Positions 40,322 to 51,903 of a stretch of 64,000 bases of DNA are shown piece by piece. The stretch's first letter is position 1. Each line of letters starts with the position of its first letter. The notes below the pieces were generated by a model. It searched no databases and was not told the DNA's origin. It worked only from the letters and a program-made list of their open reading frames with translations. This stretch comes from Flavobacterium sp. (GTDB taxonomy: Bacteria; Bacteroidota; Bacteroidia; Flavobacteriales; Flavobacteriaceae): positions 29,670 to 93,669 of the forward strand of contig JBILXS010000010.1 in assembly GCA_044378345.1 (NCBI GenBank). The letters run 5' to 3'. Made by a program: the position numbers and the translations under genes.

Positions 40322-41140
40322 ATGATTATACAAAAAACAAGAGAAGAAATTGAATTAATGCGCGAAAGTGCCATTATAGTTTCTAAAACTTTAGGAATGA
40401 TAGCAGGCGAGATCAAGCCGGGTGTCACCACTTTATATCTAGACAAATTAGCAGAAGAATTCATTCGAGATCATGGTGCTGAACCTAGTTTCCTTGGTTT
40501 ATACGGTTTTCCAAATTCGTTGTGCATGAGTCCCAATGCACAAGTCGTACACGGAATTCCCAATAACAAACCGCTTGAAAGTGGCGATGTTATATCTGTT
40601 GATTGTGGCGCATTTAAAAACGGTTATCATGGCGATCATGCTTATTCTTTTGAAATTGGAGAAGTGGCGCCCGAGACCAAAAAATTACTTCAAATTACAA
40701 AAGAATCACTTTACATAGGCATTCGTGAATTTAAACTAGGGAACCGTGTGGAAGATGTCGGAAATGCAATCCAAAAGTATACTGAAGCCCATGGCTATGG
40801 TGTTGTTCGCGAATTAGTCGGACACGGATTGGGTCAAAAAATGCACGAAGACCCAGAAATGCCTAACTATGGAAAACGTGGCAGAGGCAAATTATTTGTA
40901 GAAGGAATGGTAGTTGCCATTGAGCCTATGATTAATATGGGTACAAGAAATATCAAGCAACTGAAAGACGGCTGGACCATACTCACGGCCGATGGAAAAC
41001 CAAGCGCTCATTTTGAACATGATGTGGCGATTATAGACGGAAAACCCGAACTGCTTTCCACCTTTGCCTATATACACAAAGCACTTGGCATTGAAAGCAA
41101 CGAAGAAGACGAGTTCCGAAGCAAACCACTGGTTGTGTGA
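40322..41140 (+). CDS. map: Methionine aminopeptidase type I
   Basis: VVHGIP, DCG....GYHGDHA, GHG, EPM, AHFEH. Confidence 0.97.
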   Translation: MIIQKTREEIELMRESAIIVSKTLGMIAGEIKPGVTTLYLDKLAEEFIRDHGAEPSFLGLYGFPNSLCMSPNAQVVHGIPNNKPLESGDVISVDCGAFKNGYHGDHAYSFEIGEVAPETKKLLQITKESLYIGIREFKLGNRVEDVGNAIQKYTEAHGYGVVRELVGHGLGQKMHEDPEMPNYGKRGRGKLFVEGMVVAIEPMINMGTRNIKQLKDGWTILTADGKPSAHFEHDVAIIDGKPELLSTFAYIHKALGIESNEEDEFRSKPLVV

Positions 41141-41907
41141 TGAAAAAAGCCTTCAAACTATTATTAAACACAATACCGCGACCAATTCTCATCCGATTGA
41201 GTTACCTCGCCCGACCAATTTTGGCATTTTTACTAAAAGGAAAAACCTACACCGATCCTATTGACGGACGGAGTTTTCGAATGTTTTTACCTTATGGCTA
41301 CGGAACGCAACGTAACAATGTGCTTTCGCCGAGTACACTTTCACTTGAAAGGCATCGTTTGCTTTGGCTCTATTTAAAAGGCGAAACTGATTTTTTTTCT
41401 GCGCCCAAAAAAGTGTTGCATTTTGCGCCAGAACAAGCGTTTTATAAATTATTTCGGAATCTAAAAAACTTAGATTATACTACAACCGATTTGCTTTCGC
41501 CTTTGGCGGATGTAAAAGCAGATATTTGTAATTTGCCTTTTGAAGACAACACTTACGATGTGATCCTGTGCAATCATGTATTAGAACACATTCCCGATGA
41601 TAAGAAAGCAATGCAAGAATTATTTCGTGTATTAAAGCCAGGTGGAATAGGCATTTTCCAGATTCCACAAGATCTAAATAGAGCTATAACTTTCTCAGAC
41701 GATTCGATTACAGACCAAAAAGAAAGAGCAAAAATATTTGGCCAATATGACCATGTTCGCATTTACGGGCGAGATTATTTTGACAAATTGAGAGATATCG
41801 GTTTCACGGTTAATGAATTGGATTACACTGCATCACTACCTGCAGAACTTGTAGAAAAATATTGCTTAGCAAAAGGGGAAATTTTACCCATATGCACCAA
41901 AAAATAA
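41137..41907 (+). CDS. Class I SAM-dependent methyltransferase
   Basis: VLHFAPE, CNHVLEHIPDD, LFRVLKPGG. Confidence 0.88.
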   Translation: MMKKAFKLLLNTIPRPILIRLSYLARPILAFLLKGKTYTDPIDGRSFRMFLPYGYGTQRNNVLSPSTLSLERHRLLWLYLKGETDFFSAPKKVLHFAPEQAFYKLFRNLKNLDYTTTDLLSPLADVKADICNLPFEDNTYDVILCNHVLEHIPDDKKAMQELFRVLKPGGIGIFQIPQDLNRAITFSDDSITDQKERAKIFGQYDHVRIYGRDYFDKLRDIGFTVNELDYTASLPAELVEKYCLAKGEILPICTKK

Positions 41908-41980
41908 TCTAACAAAATCGTCTATTGACAAATAGTAACATTCTTTTTTTAGTACATTTATTTTTTTAAAATATAGTTTT

Positions 41981-43234
41981 ATGATAAAATCAATCTTAAC
42001 CGCGCTCTTGATGCTGCTATTGACCTCAAATATTACAGCGCAGGCAGAAAAAGAAATCGCGCCACCATTCCATATAAAAACAATAACGTTTGTACAAAAC
42101 CGACAAAATATTGTTCCTGTTTTTCAGTTGGGTGATTCATTTCAATTACAGTTTGATGATTTACATGGAAACGAAGCAAATTATTATTACCAAATTGTAC
42201 ATTGTGATTATGACTGGAAACAATCTCAACTTTCGGTTAACGAATATATGAGAGGATTTGATAACCAACGCATTATTGACTACACCAATTCGTACAACGC
42301 GCTTCAACTTTATTCTCATTATCGCATTCAGTTCCCGAATAGAAACACGCAGCTTTTGGTCAGCGGTAATTATATGATAAAAATTGCAGATGAGAATGGC
42401 GACATTGTTTTCTCTCGAAAATTTATAATGTATGAAAATATAGTAACTGTGCCGCTGCAAGTGAAAAGAGCAAGAAATATTGCGGACGTAAACTACAAAC
42501 ACAATCTTGAATTCTCTGTAAAGTCAACTACGATTACTTTTCAAAGTCCATTAGCGAATGTAAAAGTAATGTTACTTCAAAATGGAAAGCTCAACTCCCC
42601 AATCACGAACATCAAACCCATGTTTACAATTGGGAACGATCTGATTTACAAGTATGACACTGAAACCCAATTTTGGGCAGGAAATGAGTTTCGAAATTTT
42701 GAAAATAAAGACATCAGGGCGGCTGCAAATAACGTTGCAAGAATTGATTCTCAAGGCGGGGTTTACAACTCGTATTTGTATACGGATGAAGCAAGAGCAA
42801 GAGAGCCATATAGCTTCAATCCCGACTATAATGGTAATTTCTTGATTAATTCTTTGAACGTAGAGAACATTGAAATTGAGGCGGACTATGCTTGGGTTTA
42901 TTTTACGTTATCAGCGCCATCTTTTTACGAGAAAAAAGACATCTACGTAAACGGCATGTTTAACAACTATGCGATGAACGAAGAAAGCAAAATGGACTAT
43001 AATGCGGAAAAAGGAGTCTTCGAAAAAGCGATCATGATCAAACAAGGTTTCACGAATTACCAATATGTAGTAGCTGACAAGGCAGGTAAAATAGACCAAG
43101 CAAATGCTATTGACGGTAACTTTTTTCAAACGGAAGACAATTATTTTGCTTTGATATATTACAAGGAAAACAACCAAAGATATGACCGTATAATTGGAAA
43201 AGCAGTCGCTAGTTCCAACGATATAATTAATTAG
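41981..43234 (+). CDS. DUF5103 domain-containing exported protein
   Basis: FDDL....YYY...HCD.DW, F.AGNEFR, KQGFTNYQY. Confidence 0.78.
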   Translation: MIKSILTALLMLLLTSNITAQAEKEIAPPFHIKTITFVQNRQNIVPVFQLGDSFQLQFDDLHGNEANYYYQIVHCDYDWKQSQLSVNEYMRGFDNQRIIDYTNSYNALQLYSHYRIQFPNRNTQLLVSGNYMIKIADENGDIVFSRKFIMYENIVTVPLQVKRARNIADVNYKHNLEFSVKSTTITFQSPLANVKVMLLQNGKLNSPITNIKPMFTIGNDLIYKYDTETQFWAGNEFRNFENKDIRAAANNVARIDSQGGVYNSYLYTDEARAREPYSFNPDYNGNFLINSLNVENIEIEADYAWVYFTLSAPSFYEKKDIYVNGMFNNYAMNEESKMDYNAEKGVFEKAIMIKQGFTNYQYVVADKAGKIDQANAIDGNFFQTEDNYFALIYYKENNQRYDRIIGKAVASSNDIIN

Positions 43235-43401
43235 CATTTTATTTACATGATGTTTGCAGCGCTTAAAATCATGCTATAACATACTTCTTTCAATTTTGAC
43301 ACCTCACAAATTAAGTTTACATAAATGAAAATTTAACTTTAATTTCTCTTACAAAGTTGGTTTTTTCGTAAATTTGACCAACAAATTCTACAGATACTAT
43401 C

Positions 43402-43788
43402 ATGGTTTCTCAAATTACAAGAGGTATAAAGATTTCCGTTTTGACGAATTTTGAAGGAACTTACTTCAAAAATCACAAGATACATTATGCCTTTAGTTAC
43501 GAAGTTTCGATAGAGAACCATAGCAAAGATTCCGTTCAACTCATGTCACGTCATTGGGAAATTTATGACTCTTTGAATGAAAAAGAAATCGTTGATGGCG
43601 AAGGCGTAATTGGTAAGAAACCAGTTCTTAAACCTGGCGAAGTTCACTCTTATAGCTCAGGTTGCCTGTTGTCATCGCCTTTTGGCGCGATGCATGGCCA
43701 CTTCAATATGATTAATTTTACTTCTACAAAAACCTTTAAAGTGATTGTCCCTACGTTCAAATTGAGCGCTCCTTTTGCACTAAATTAG
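43402..43788 (+). CDS. apaG: ApaG (Co2+/Mg2+ efflux-associated) protein
   Basis: QLMSRHWEI, GEGVIG..PVLKPG, YSSGC. Confidence 0.93.
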   Translation: MVSQITRGIKISVLTNFEGTYFKNHKIHYAFSYEVSIENHSKDSVQLMSRHWEIYDSLNEKEIVDGEGVIGKKPVLKPGEVHSYSSGCLLSSPFGAMHGHFNMINFTSTKTFKVIVPTFKLSAPFALN

Positions 43789-43823
43789 AAATCCAAAATC
43801 ACCAGCACATCAAAATTTAAACT

Positions 43824-44270
43824 ATGATGAAACTAACATATTTTTTACTTATTCTGGCTTCAACTGTTGCTGCACAAAGCAAAAAAATCAATTTCTTTGG
43901 GACAGAATTTGCAGTGAACAATGCATGTATAGTAAATGAATCGAGTGCCAGATATGATAAAAACGCGATGATTTGGATGGATGCGCCACCAAAAATGATG
44001 CGCAATACTATGGTTTCGATGATCAAAAATAAATTCAAGGAAAATAACATAAAGGAAGTTAAGGACGACGCATTTAAAGTTACTTTACTCAAAAAAAGTT
44101 GGGAAGGCAGACTATCCGCATTCAAAAAAGAAGGCAACGATAGCATCACAAATTGCGTCGAACTTTATGGTCATTACAAAGATGAGGAACGGCTGCTGAT
44201 TTTAGTATACAAAACGGCAAGACTTGAAGCTTTTCGTATCCCGGCTTACTTTAATTTCCTTGCAAAATAA
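43824..44270 (+). CDS. Exported hypothetical protein
   Basis: Signal peptide, gene-sized ORF filling the apaG-pruA gap. Confidence 0.65.
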   Translation: MMKLTYFLLILASTVAAQSKKINFFGTEFAVNNACIVNESSARYDKNAMIWMDAPPKMMRNTMVSMIKNKFKENNIKEVKDDAFKVTLLKKSWEGRLSAFKKEGNDSITNCVELYGHYKDEERLLILVYKTARLEAFRIPAYFNFLAK

Positions 44271-44370
44271 TCGTCGAACGGTCTCTTATAACTAGCCCTT
44301 TTTTAAAATTTACGTTGTACTTTTGCAATCTACTTTTAACTTTCACAAAGAACAATCAAAACAAAAAAAT

Positions 44371-45999
44371 ATGCTCAAAGGATTCTTTAATGTACCAAAA
44401 GCAGTCAATGAACCTGTAAAGTCGTACGCGCCAAACTCCCCTGAAAAAGTAGCAGTTTTAGCTGCTTACAAAAAAATGTGGAACGAACAAATTGACGTTC
44501 CATTATATATCGGAAGCGAAGAAATAAAAACGGGAAATACCAAAACCATGTCGGCTCCTCATGATCACCAGCATGTTGTTGGGACTTATCATTTGGCAGA
44601 AAAATCTCACATTGAAAAAGCGATTGCCAATGTGTTGGAATCAAAGAGCAAATGGGCTAATATGGCTTGGGAACAAAGAGCGGCCATCTTTTTAAAGGCA
44701 GCCGAATTAATAGCCGGACCATACCGTGCGCGCATTAATGCAGCGACGATGATTGCACAGTCGAAGACTATTTTTCAAGCAGAAATAGATGCGTCTTGCG
44801 AGTTGATTGACTTCTTACGCTACAATGTTGAATTCATGACGCAAATTTATAGTGACCAACCCAAATCAGATTCTGCTGTATGGAATAGATTAGAATATCG
44901 CCCGTTGGAAGGATTTGTCTACGCTATTACGCCGTTTAATTTTACAGCAATTGCTGCTAATCTTCCAGCCAGCGCTGCGATGATGGGAAATGTTGTCATC
45001 TGGAAACCAAGTGACAGTCAAGTGTTTTCTGCTAAAATTATCATCGATATTTTTAAAGAAGCTGGTCTTCCCGACGGAGTTATCAATGTTGTTTTTGGAG
45101 ATGCAGAGATGATCAGCGAAACTGTTTTTGCGAGTCGAGACTTTGCAGGGGTGCATTTTACGGGCTCTACGCATGTTTTTAAAGACATTTGGAAAACAAT
45201 TGGAATGAACATTCACCATTATAAAACCTATCCGAGAATCGTTGGGGAAACCGGTGGCAAAGATTTTGTCATTGCACATCCAACTGCAAATGTGAAACAA
45301 GTTGTTACAGGATTGGTGCGTGGTGCATTTGAATTTCAAGGTCAGAAATGTTCTGCAGCATCACGAGCGTACATTCCTAAAAGCATGTGGAGTGAGGTGA
45401 AATCACAATTAATCAGCGATGTAAAATCGATGAAAATGGGATCTCCAGAAGATTTTGGAAATTTTATTACTGCGGTAATTCACGAAGGATCATTTGATAA
45501 ATTAGCAAGCTTTATAGATCAAGCCAAAACCGACAATAATGTAGAAATTATTGTGGGCGGAAACTACGACAAATCTAAAGGATATTTTATTGAACCAACA
45601 GTTATTGTAACTGATGATCCAAAATATACCACGATGGAAACCGAATTGTTTGGTCCAGTCCTAACATTATATGTTTACGAAGATGACCAATGGAGCGAGA
45701 CCTTAAAGCTCGTCGATCAAACTTCAGATTACGCATTGACAGGTGCTGTATTCAGTCAAGACCGTTATGCTATCGAAGAAGCCACGATTGCTTTACAAAA
45801 TGCAGCCGGGAATTTCTATGTCAATGACAAACCAACGGGAGCAGTAGTTGGTATGCAACCTTTCGGTGGGGCGAGATCATCGGGAACCAATGACAAAGCT
45901 GGCTCTGCATTAAATTTATTGAGATGGGCTTCGCCGAGAACAATTAAAGAAACATTTGTAACTCCGGAAGATTATCGTTATCCATTTTTAGGTGAATAA
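44371..45999 (+). CDS. pruA: L-glutamate gamma-semialdehyde (P5C) dehydrogenase
   Basis: TPFNFTAI, FTGST, GETGGKDF, FEFQGQKCSA, PFGGAR.SGTNDK; start moved to ATG 44371. Confidence 0.95.
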   Translation: MLKGFFNVPKAVNEPVKSYAPNSPEKVAVLAAYKKMWNEQIDVPLYIGSEEIKTGNTKTMSAPHDHQHVVGTYHLAEKSHIEKAIANVLESKSKWANMAWEQRAAIFLKAAELIAGPYRARINAATMIAQSKTIFQAEIDASCELIDFLRYNVEFMTQIYSDQPKSDSAVWNRLEYRPLEGFVYAITPFNFTAIAANLPASAAMMGNVVIWKPSDSQVFSAKIIIDIFKEAGLPDGVINVVFGDAEMISETVFASRDFAGVHFTGSTHVFKDIWKTIGMNIHHYKTYPRIVGETGGKDFVIAHPTANVKQVVTGLVRGAFEFQGQKCSAASRAYIPKSMWSEVKSQLISDVKSMKMGSPEDFGNFITAVIHEGSFDKLASFIDQAKTDNNVEIIVGGNYDKSKGYFIEPTVIVTDDPKYTTMETELFGPVLTLYVYEDDQWSETLKLVDQTSDYALTGAVFSQDRYAIEEATIALQNAAGNFYVNDKPTGAVVGMQPFGGARSSGTNDKAGSALNLLRWASPRTIKETFVTPEDYRYPFLGE

Positions 46000-46102
46000 A
46001 TAATACAAGGTAAAAAGTTTTCGTTTTTTAAGGAGACTTTTTTATCTATTTGAAAAAGAAATAATTATTACTTTAGTCACTTCATTTTTAATTCAACGCG
46101 TT

Positions 46103-47122
46103 ATGAAACGAAAACTACTTTTTTTCTTATCTTTTTTTGCTTTTGTAAGTTATGGCCAATCCCCAATAAACTCCTTTTATGTTGATGACAATGCCGTTTT
46201 TGCCGTGGTGACCTCTGGTGTTGAACTTGACCAAACTGCATCAGGCGCAAATTTGATTTGGAATTTCGACCAATTATTACAATATGGCACTTCATTTTAT
46301 ACAAAAACCTTACCTACTCCGGCCGAAATTACAGCATTCCCAAATACTAATAATGTTGTTTTATCAACCTTCAATACACCTGAAACTTCGACTTCACAAA
46401 TGTTTGTAAAGGATCTTTCTAGTGTCGTTTCAATAACAGGACTAAGAGCAGCTGGTTTAGAATTAAAGTTCAATACAAACAATGCAACCTTAGGTGCTTT
46501 TCCAATGAATTATGGATATACCAACACAGATCAAGTGGCAGGAAATTATTTATATGACACTTTTTCAGGTACGTTCTCTGGCAATATAGTAACTACTGTC
46601 GATGCTTATGGAACACTCAACAGAAATGTTGGTAGCGTGCTCAGCACCAATGCAACACGACTAAAAACAGTTATTACGCTATCTCTGAATTATGGTTTTT
46701 TTACCAATGTGGGGACGATAACACAAACAACCTATAGTTATTATCAAAATCCTGCTGTCTCTGCAGATGGATTGCTTTTCAGGTCGTCAACCACGGCAGC
46801 GCTTGTACCTTTAGCCTCTATTGACCAAACAGACGTTGCGCTTGAAAGTTATGTTTCAACGCTTTTAGATACAGATGAGAAATACTTTATCGAAAATCAA
46901 ATTCAAATTGCATCCAACCCAGTGCGTGATTTTCTGAGTTTTAGAAGTGCTGCGGATCTGCAAATTCAATCTACAACCATTGTAGATTCGAGTGGTAGAA
47001 TTGTACTTTCAATCCAATCAAATACAAATTCCATTGATATGAGTAAGTTAACGACTGGTATCTACTGCGTTAAAATTGAGACAAACAAAGGAACTGTCAC
47101 AAAGAAAATCATCAAAGAATAA
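46103..47122 (+). CDS. T9SS type A sorting-domain protein
   Basis: Signal peptide, TVDAYGTL motif, CTD ASNPV...GIYCVKI...KKIIKE. Confidence 0.8.
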   Translation: MKRKLLFFLSFFAFVSYGQSPINSFYVDDNAVFAVVTSGVELDQTASGANLIWNFDQLLQYGTSFYTKTLPTPAEITAFPNTNNVVLSTFNTPETSTSQMFVKDLSSVVSITGLRAAGLELKFNTNNATLGAFPMNYGYTNTDQVAGNYLYDTFSGTFSGNIVTTVDAYGTLNRNVGSVLSTNATRLKTVITLSLNYGFFTNVGTITQTTYSYYQNPAVSADGLLFRSSTTAALVPLASIDQTDVALESYVSTLLDTDEKYFIENQIQIASNPVRDFLSFRSAADLQIQSTTIVDSSGRIVLSIQSNTNSIDMSKLTTGIYCVKIETNKGTVTKKIIKE

Positions 47123-47154
47123 AACAAAAAAGTCTCTAAACTTAGAGACTTTTT

Positions 47155-47784
47155 TTATGCTTTAAACTTTAAAGGCAAATGCACTACTTTTTTGGTTTCG
47201 AAAAATTCATTATCAAAAAAATCTGCGATAGCATATTCTGTGGCTTTTGGAAAATCTTTGAGTTCCTCCGTTAAATCTCCACCTTTTAGATATAAAATGC
47301 CGTTTTTCAACTCGTGCTTGTTTTGCTTTTTGATTTTATCTTTTATCCACGAATAAAAATCGGGCATATTAGTGACTGCTCGACTCACAATAAAATCAAA
47401 ATCACCTTTTACATTTTCCGCGCGCAATTGTTCTGCCTTCACATTTTTCAATCCGATTGAATCAGCCACAGCTTTTACAACGGTAATTTTCTTCATAATT
47501 ACGTCAATCAGATAAAACCGAGTCTCTGGAAACATTATCGCCAATGGGATTCCCGGAAATCCACCACCTGTGCCAACATCTAAAACATAAGTTCCTGGCT
47601 CAAATTTTTGAACTATGGCAATTGCAAGCGAATGCAGAACGTGTTTAACATACAACTGCTCTATATCTTTCCTAGAAATAACATTTATCTTAGCGTTCCA
47701 ATCTAGATAAAGAGACTCCAATTTTCTGAATTGCTCAATTTGATTTTCCGTAAGATCAGGGAAATATTTGAGAATTTCATCCAT
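47155..47784 (-). CDS. rsmG: 16S rRNA m7G527 methyltransferase
   Basis: WNAKINVISR, KHVLHSL, LDVGTGGGFPGIPL, VSRAV. Confidence 0.96.
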   Translation of the reverse strand: MDEILKYFPDLTENQIEQFRKLESLYLDWNAKINVISRKDIEQLYVKHVLHSLAIAIVQKFEPGTYVLDVGTGGGFPGIPLAIMFPETRFYLIDVIMKKITVVKAVADSIGLKNVKAEQLRAENVKGDFDFIVSRAVTNMPDFYSWIKDKIKKQNKHELKNGILYLKGGDLTEELKDFPKATEYAIADFFDNEFFETKKVVHLPLKFKA

Positions 47785-47887
47785 GCTGTTTTTTTAACAA
47801 AAGTAATACTTTAGTGTTGAAATATTTGTGTCAACTTTATCACGGCAAAAATTTATAATAATTACCTTTGCCTTTTAAACATATTAT

Positions 47888-48982
47888 ATGAATAATACAG
47901 CGCCTACATTTTCTAATCAGGATAATCTGAAATTCTTTAGAACATTAAACTCTAGAGTAAATAATTATTTTAAAGAGAATAATATTCCAAAGACCGGAAA
48001 CTGGAAAATACATTTAAAAACTGTTATTCTTTTTACCATTTTTCTTACTCCTTATTTCCTTATCCTGACGCTTGAAATGTCTATTTGGTATCAGCTAATG
48101 CTGAATATATTGATGGGAATTGGCATGGCTGGAATTGGCATGAATGTCATGCACGACGGAAACCATGGTGCGTATTCTTCTAAATCATGGATCAACAAAT
48201 TTATGGGCGGTAGTATCTATGTTTTGGCGGGAAATGTTTACAACTGGCAAGTGCAGCACAATGTTCTGCATCATACTTACACTAACATTCTTGGTCATGA
48301 TGAAGACCTAGATGCCGGTCGAATCATTCGATTTTCGCAAAATGCAGAGTGGAGACGCTTTCACAAATTTCAACATTATTACTCTTTCTTTTTGTATGGC
48401 CTATTGACTTTCAATTGGTCACTTACCACAGATTTCAAACAAATGCGAGGGTATTTGAAAAGAAAGTTATCGTATGGTGAGCCTCAAAGCCCCAGAAAAT
48501 TATGGACCGTATTAGTCATTACCAAAATTATATACGCGCTAATTTGGGTTGTTTTGCCAATCACTTTCGGCGTAATCTGGTGGAAAGTCTTACTAGGTTT
48601 CTTCGTAATGCATTACGCAGCTGGATTAATCCTAAGTATTGTTTTTCAATTAGCACACGTTGTTGAAGAAACCGACAATCCAATTCCAAATGTAGCTGGC
48701 GAGATGGAAAACACATGGGCGATTCACCAATTATATACGACTGCTAATTTTGCTCCCACAAACAAAATTGTCAATTGGTTTACCGGCGGATTAAACCATC
48801 AAATCGAACATCACTTGTATCCTCACATTAGCCATGTTCATTACAGTAAAATCGCTGAGTTTGTAAAACAAACTGCAGAGGAATGCAATCTACCTTACAA
48901 CGAATTTAAGACGATGCGCAGTGCCGTTATCGCACACTATAAGCATCTAAAAGACTTAGGACAAAACCCACAAATTGCATAA
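47888..48982 (+). CDS. Acyl-CoA/fatty acid desaturase
   Basis: His boxes HDGNH, HNVLHH, QIEHH. Confidence 0.92.
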   Translation: MNNTAPTFSNQDNLKFFRTLNSRVNNYFKENNIPKTGNWKIHLKTVILFTIFLTPYFLILTLEMSIWYQLMLNILMGIGMAGIGMNVMHDGNHGAYSSKSWINKFMGGSIYVLAGNVYNWQVQHNVLHHTYTNILGHDEDLDAGRIIRFSQNAEWRRFHKFQHYYSFFLYGLLTFNWSLTTDFKQMRGYLKRKLSYGEPQSPRKLWTVLVITKIIYALIWVVLPITFGVIWWKVLLGFFVMHYAAGLILSIVFQLAHVVEETDNPIPNVAGEMENTWAIHQLYTTANFAPTNKIVNWFTGGLNHQIEHHLYPHISHVHYSKIAEFVKQTAEECNLPYNEFKTMRSAVIAHYKHLKDLGQNPQIA

Positions 48983-49048
48983 AAACGAAAGGCGCTTCTA
49001 AGGCGTCTTTTGCTTTTAATCATTTTTAAAAACCTCTAAAAGTATCGT

Positions 49049-50236
49049 ATGAATCATTTTCTTTCCGATCGAATCAATAATTTATCGACTTCACAAACCC
49101 TCGCAATGGCTGCATTGGCAAGAGAATTAAAAGCACAGGGGAAAGACATCATCAGTTTGAGTTTGGGTGAACCAGATTTCAATACACCAGATTTCGTAAA
49201 AGTTGCAGCAAAGAAAGCCATCGACGAAAATTACAGCACTTATTCCCCCGTTGAAGGTTACCTTGAACTCAAAGAAGCAATCTGCCGAAAATTTAAAAGA
49301 GATAACAAACTCGATTATAAACCAAACAACATTGTCGTTTCTACTGGCGCTAAACAATCTTTATACAACATTGCGCAAGTGATGCTAAATGATGGAGATG
49401 AGGTCATCCTTCCAGCGCCATATTGGGTAAGCTATTATGAAATTATCAAAATTGCTGGCGGCATTCCGGTCGAAGTGCCTACCAACGTCGAAAGCGATTT
49501 CAAAATCACACCAGAACAATTAGAGAAAGCCATCACGCCAAAAACAAAAATGATTTGGTACAGCTCGCCTTGCAACCCAAGTGGTTCTGTATATAGCCGA
49601 GAAGAATTGACTGCGCTAGCTAAAATCATCGAAAAACATCCGAATATATTCATCGTTTCAGACGAAATCTACGAGCACATCAATTTCTCAGGAACTTTTT
49701 GCAGCATTGCCTCGGTTCCAGGAATGTTCGAAAGAACCATCACCGTCAACGGAGTTGCCAAAGCTTTCGCCATGACAGGTTGGAGAATCGGCTATATTGG
49801 CGCTCCCGAATTTATCGCAAAAGCCTGCACTAAAATGCAAGGTCAAGTAACCAGCGGCGCGAATAGTATCGCACAAAGAGCGACGATTACAGCGGTAGAT
49901 GCTGATCCAAGTGTCCTCAACGACATGGTTGCCGCATTCAAAAGCCGACGCGATTTAGTCGTTAAGTTAGTCAAAGATATTCCAGGATTCAAACTCAATG
50001 TTCCTGAAGGGGCTTTTTATGTTTTCCCAGATGTTTCTTATTATTTTGGAAAAACGTTACGCGGCCAACTAATCAAAAACGCAGATGACTTCTCTATGTA
50101 TTTGCTCTCAGAAGCCACTGTTGCAACGGTAACTGGCGACGCTTTTGGCAACCCAAATTGCATTCGCTTTTCATACGCAACAAGCGAAGCACTGCTCACC
50201 GAAGCCATGAAAAGAATCAAAGAAGCACTCGTCTAA
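49049..50236 (+). CDS. aspC: Aspartate aminotransferase (PLP class I)
   Basis: GEPDF, NPSG, SDEIY, KAFAMTGWRIG. Confidence 0.88.
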   Translation: MNHFLSDRINNLSTSQTLAMAALARELKAQGKDIISLSLGEPDFNTPDFVKVAAKKAIDENYSTYSPVEGYLELKEAICRKFKRDNKLDYKPNNIVVSTGAKQSLYNIAQVMLNDGDEVILPAPYWVSYYEIIKIAGGIPVEVPTNVESDFKITPEQLEKAITPKTKMIWYSSPCNPSGSVYSREELTALAKIIEKHPNIFIVSDEIYEHINFSGTFCSIASVPGMFERTITVNGVAKAFAMTGWRIGYIGAPEFIAKACTKMQGQVTSGANSIAQRATITAVDADPSVLNDMVAAFKSRRDLVVKLVKDIPGFKLNVPEGAFYVFPDVSYYFGKTLRGQLIKNADDFSMYLLSEATVATVTGDAFGNPNCIRFSYATSEALLTEAMKRIKEALV

Positions 50237-50282
50237 AAAACCATACGCCTCAAGTTTACTTGAGGCTCTTTTTTATAAATTT

Positions 50283-50369
50283 GGGCGTGACCACAAGGGT
50301 CGGGCTTTGCTTTGCAATCTTTTGTTTTTAAAGAAAAAACAAAAGGATTTTCACTGCAATCCCTCACGC
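50283..50369 (+). repeat. Palindromic intergenic element, family B
   Basis: gggcgtgaccacaagggtcgggct...atc[ttttgttttt..aaaaaacaaaa]ggat...ctgcaatccctcacgc. Confidence 0.78.
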
Positions 50370-50390
50370 AAACCAGCATAAAAAACAACT

Positions 50391-51557
50391 ATGAAATACA
50401 AAATACTACTCCTCGGCTCCGGTGAACTTGGCAAAGAATTCGTCATCGCAGCACAACGAATCGGCCAGACCATCATCGCAGTAGATAGCTACGAAAATGC
50501 ACCTGCCATGCAAGTTGCCGATGGTTTTGAAGTCATCAATATGCTCGACGGTAACGCTTTAGACCGCATCGTAGCCAAACACCAACCCGATTTCATCGTT
50601 CCCGAAATCGAAGCCATTCGAACGGAGCGCTTTTACGATTATGAAAAACAAGGAATAACAGTTGTGCCATCTGCAAAAGCCGCCAATTTCACCATGAATA
50701 GAAAAGCAATACGCGACCTCGCAGCCATAGAATTGGGTTTGCGAACTGCAAATTATCGCTATGCCACGACAGCCGCTGAGTTGCAAAAAGCGGTGAGCGA
50801 AATCGGCATGCCGTGTGTAGTAAAACCGCTTATGAGTTCATCTGGTAAAGGACAATCAACAATAAGAACAGAAAGCGATATCGAGAAGGCATGGCAATAC
50901 GCCGTGGAAGGTTCACGTGGCGATGTAGTTGAAGTCATCGTAGAAGCCTTTGTTCATTTCAATTCTGAAATCACGCTATTGACCGTCACCCAAAATGGAA
51001 ATCCTACCATGTTCTGTGCTCCTATTGGTCATCGACAAGAACGTGGCGATTATCAAGAAAGCTGGCAACCTGCACAGATTTCTAATGAAGCACTAAACGA
51101 AGCAAAAGAAATGGCGGCAAAAGTTACTCAAGCGTTAGGTGGCGCTGGACTATTTGGTGTCGAATTTTTTTTAGCAGATGATGGCGTTTATTTCTCTGAA
51201 TTATCACCTCGTCCACACGATACTGGGATGGTAACACTAGCAGGAACGCAAAACTTCAACGAATTCGAATTGCATCTCCGGGCCATCTTAAGTTTGCCAA
51301 TATTTGAAATTACGTTAGAAAAAGTAGGCGCCAGCGCGGTTATTTTATCCTCAGAAAATTCAAATAACCCAACGTTCTCTGGACTAGAAAAAATTAGCGC
51401 TTTACCACAAACTGATTTTCGTATATTTGGCAAACCAACTTCGCGACCTTACAGAAGAATGGGAGTTGCATTAACATATGATACTGTTGATTCTCCTATT
51501 GAAAATGTAATCAATGCAGCGAAGAAAGCAGCTAGTTTAGTAACCGTAAATCCATAA
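50391..51557 (+). CDS. purT: Formate-dependent phosphoribosylglycinamide formyltransferase
   Basis: [37 protein letters not shown]. Confidence 0.97.
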   Translation: MKYKILLLGSGELGKEFVIAAQRIGQTIIAVDSYENAPAMQVADGFEVINMLDGNALDRIVAKHQPDFIVPEIEAIRTERFYDYEKQGITVVPSAKAANFTMNRKAIRDLAAIELGLRTANYRYATTAAELQKAVSEIGMPCVVKPLMSSSGKGQSTIRTESDIEKAWQYAVEGSRGDVVEVIVEAFVHFNSEITLLTVTQNGNPTMFCAPIGHRQERGDYQESWQPAQISNEALNEAKEMAAKVTQALGGAGLFGVEFFLADDGVYFSELSPRPHDTGMVTLAGTQNFNEFELHLRAILSLPIFEITLEKVGASAVILSSENSNNPTFSGLEKISALPQTDFRIFGKPTSRPYRRMGVALTYDTVDSPIENVINAAKKAASLVTVNP

Positions 51558-51561
51558 CGAT

Positions 51562-51903
51562 ATGAAAAATGTTTTTTTATTTTTATTCCTATTTGCCTGT
51601 GTTGCAATAAATGCGCAGGACAAGTCTAAAGCTCAGATCGTAGAAGCTTCCTGCGGCCAGTGCAAATTCGGAATGAAAGGCAAAAGTGGTTGTGATTTGG
51701 CTGTTCGAATTGATGGCAAATCCTATTTTGTTGACGGGGAAGACATCAACAAACATGGCGATGCACATGCAAAAGATGGCTTCTGCTCTGCAATCAGAAA
51801 AGCGGAAGTAGTCGGAGAAGTCAAAGAAGATCGTTTCGTAGCAACTTCTTTTATGCTTTTGCCTGTTGAGCAGCACGACGATCATAAAGGGCACAATCAT
51901 TAA
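51562..51903 (+). CDS. Exported Cys/His-rich small protein (DUF6370-like)
   Basis: Signal peptide, SCGQC, GCDLAV, HGDAH...FC. Confidence 0.72.
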   Translation: MKNVFLFLFLFACVAINAQDKSKAQIVEASCGQCKFGMKGKSGCDLAVRIDGKSYFVDGEDINKHGDAHAKDGFCSAIRKAEVVGEVKEDRFVATSFMLLPVEQHDDHKGHNH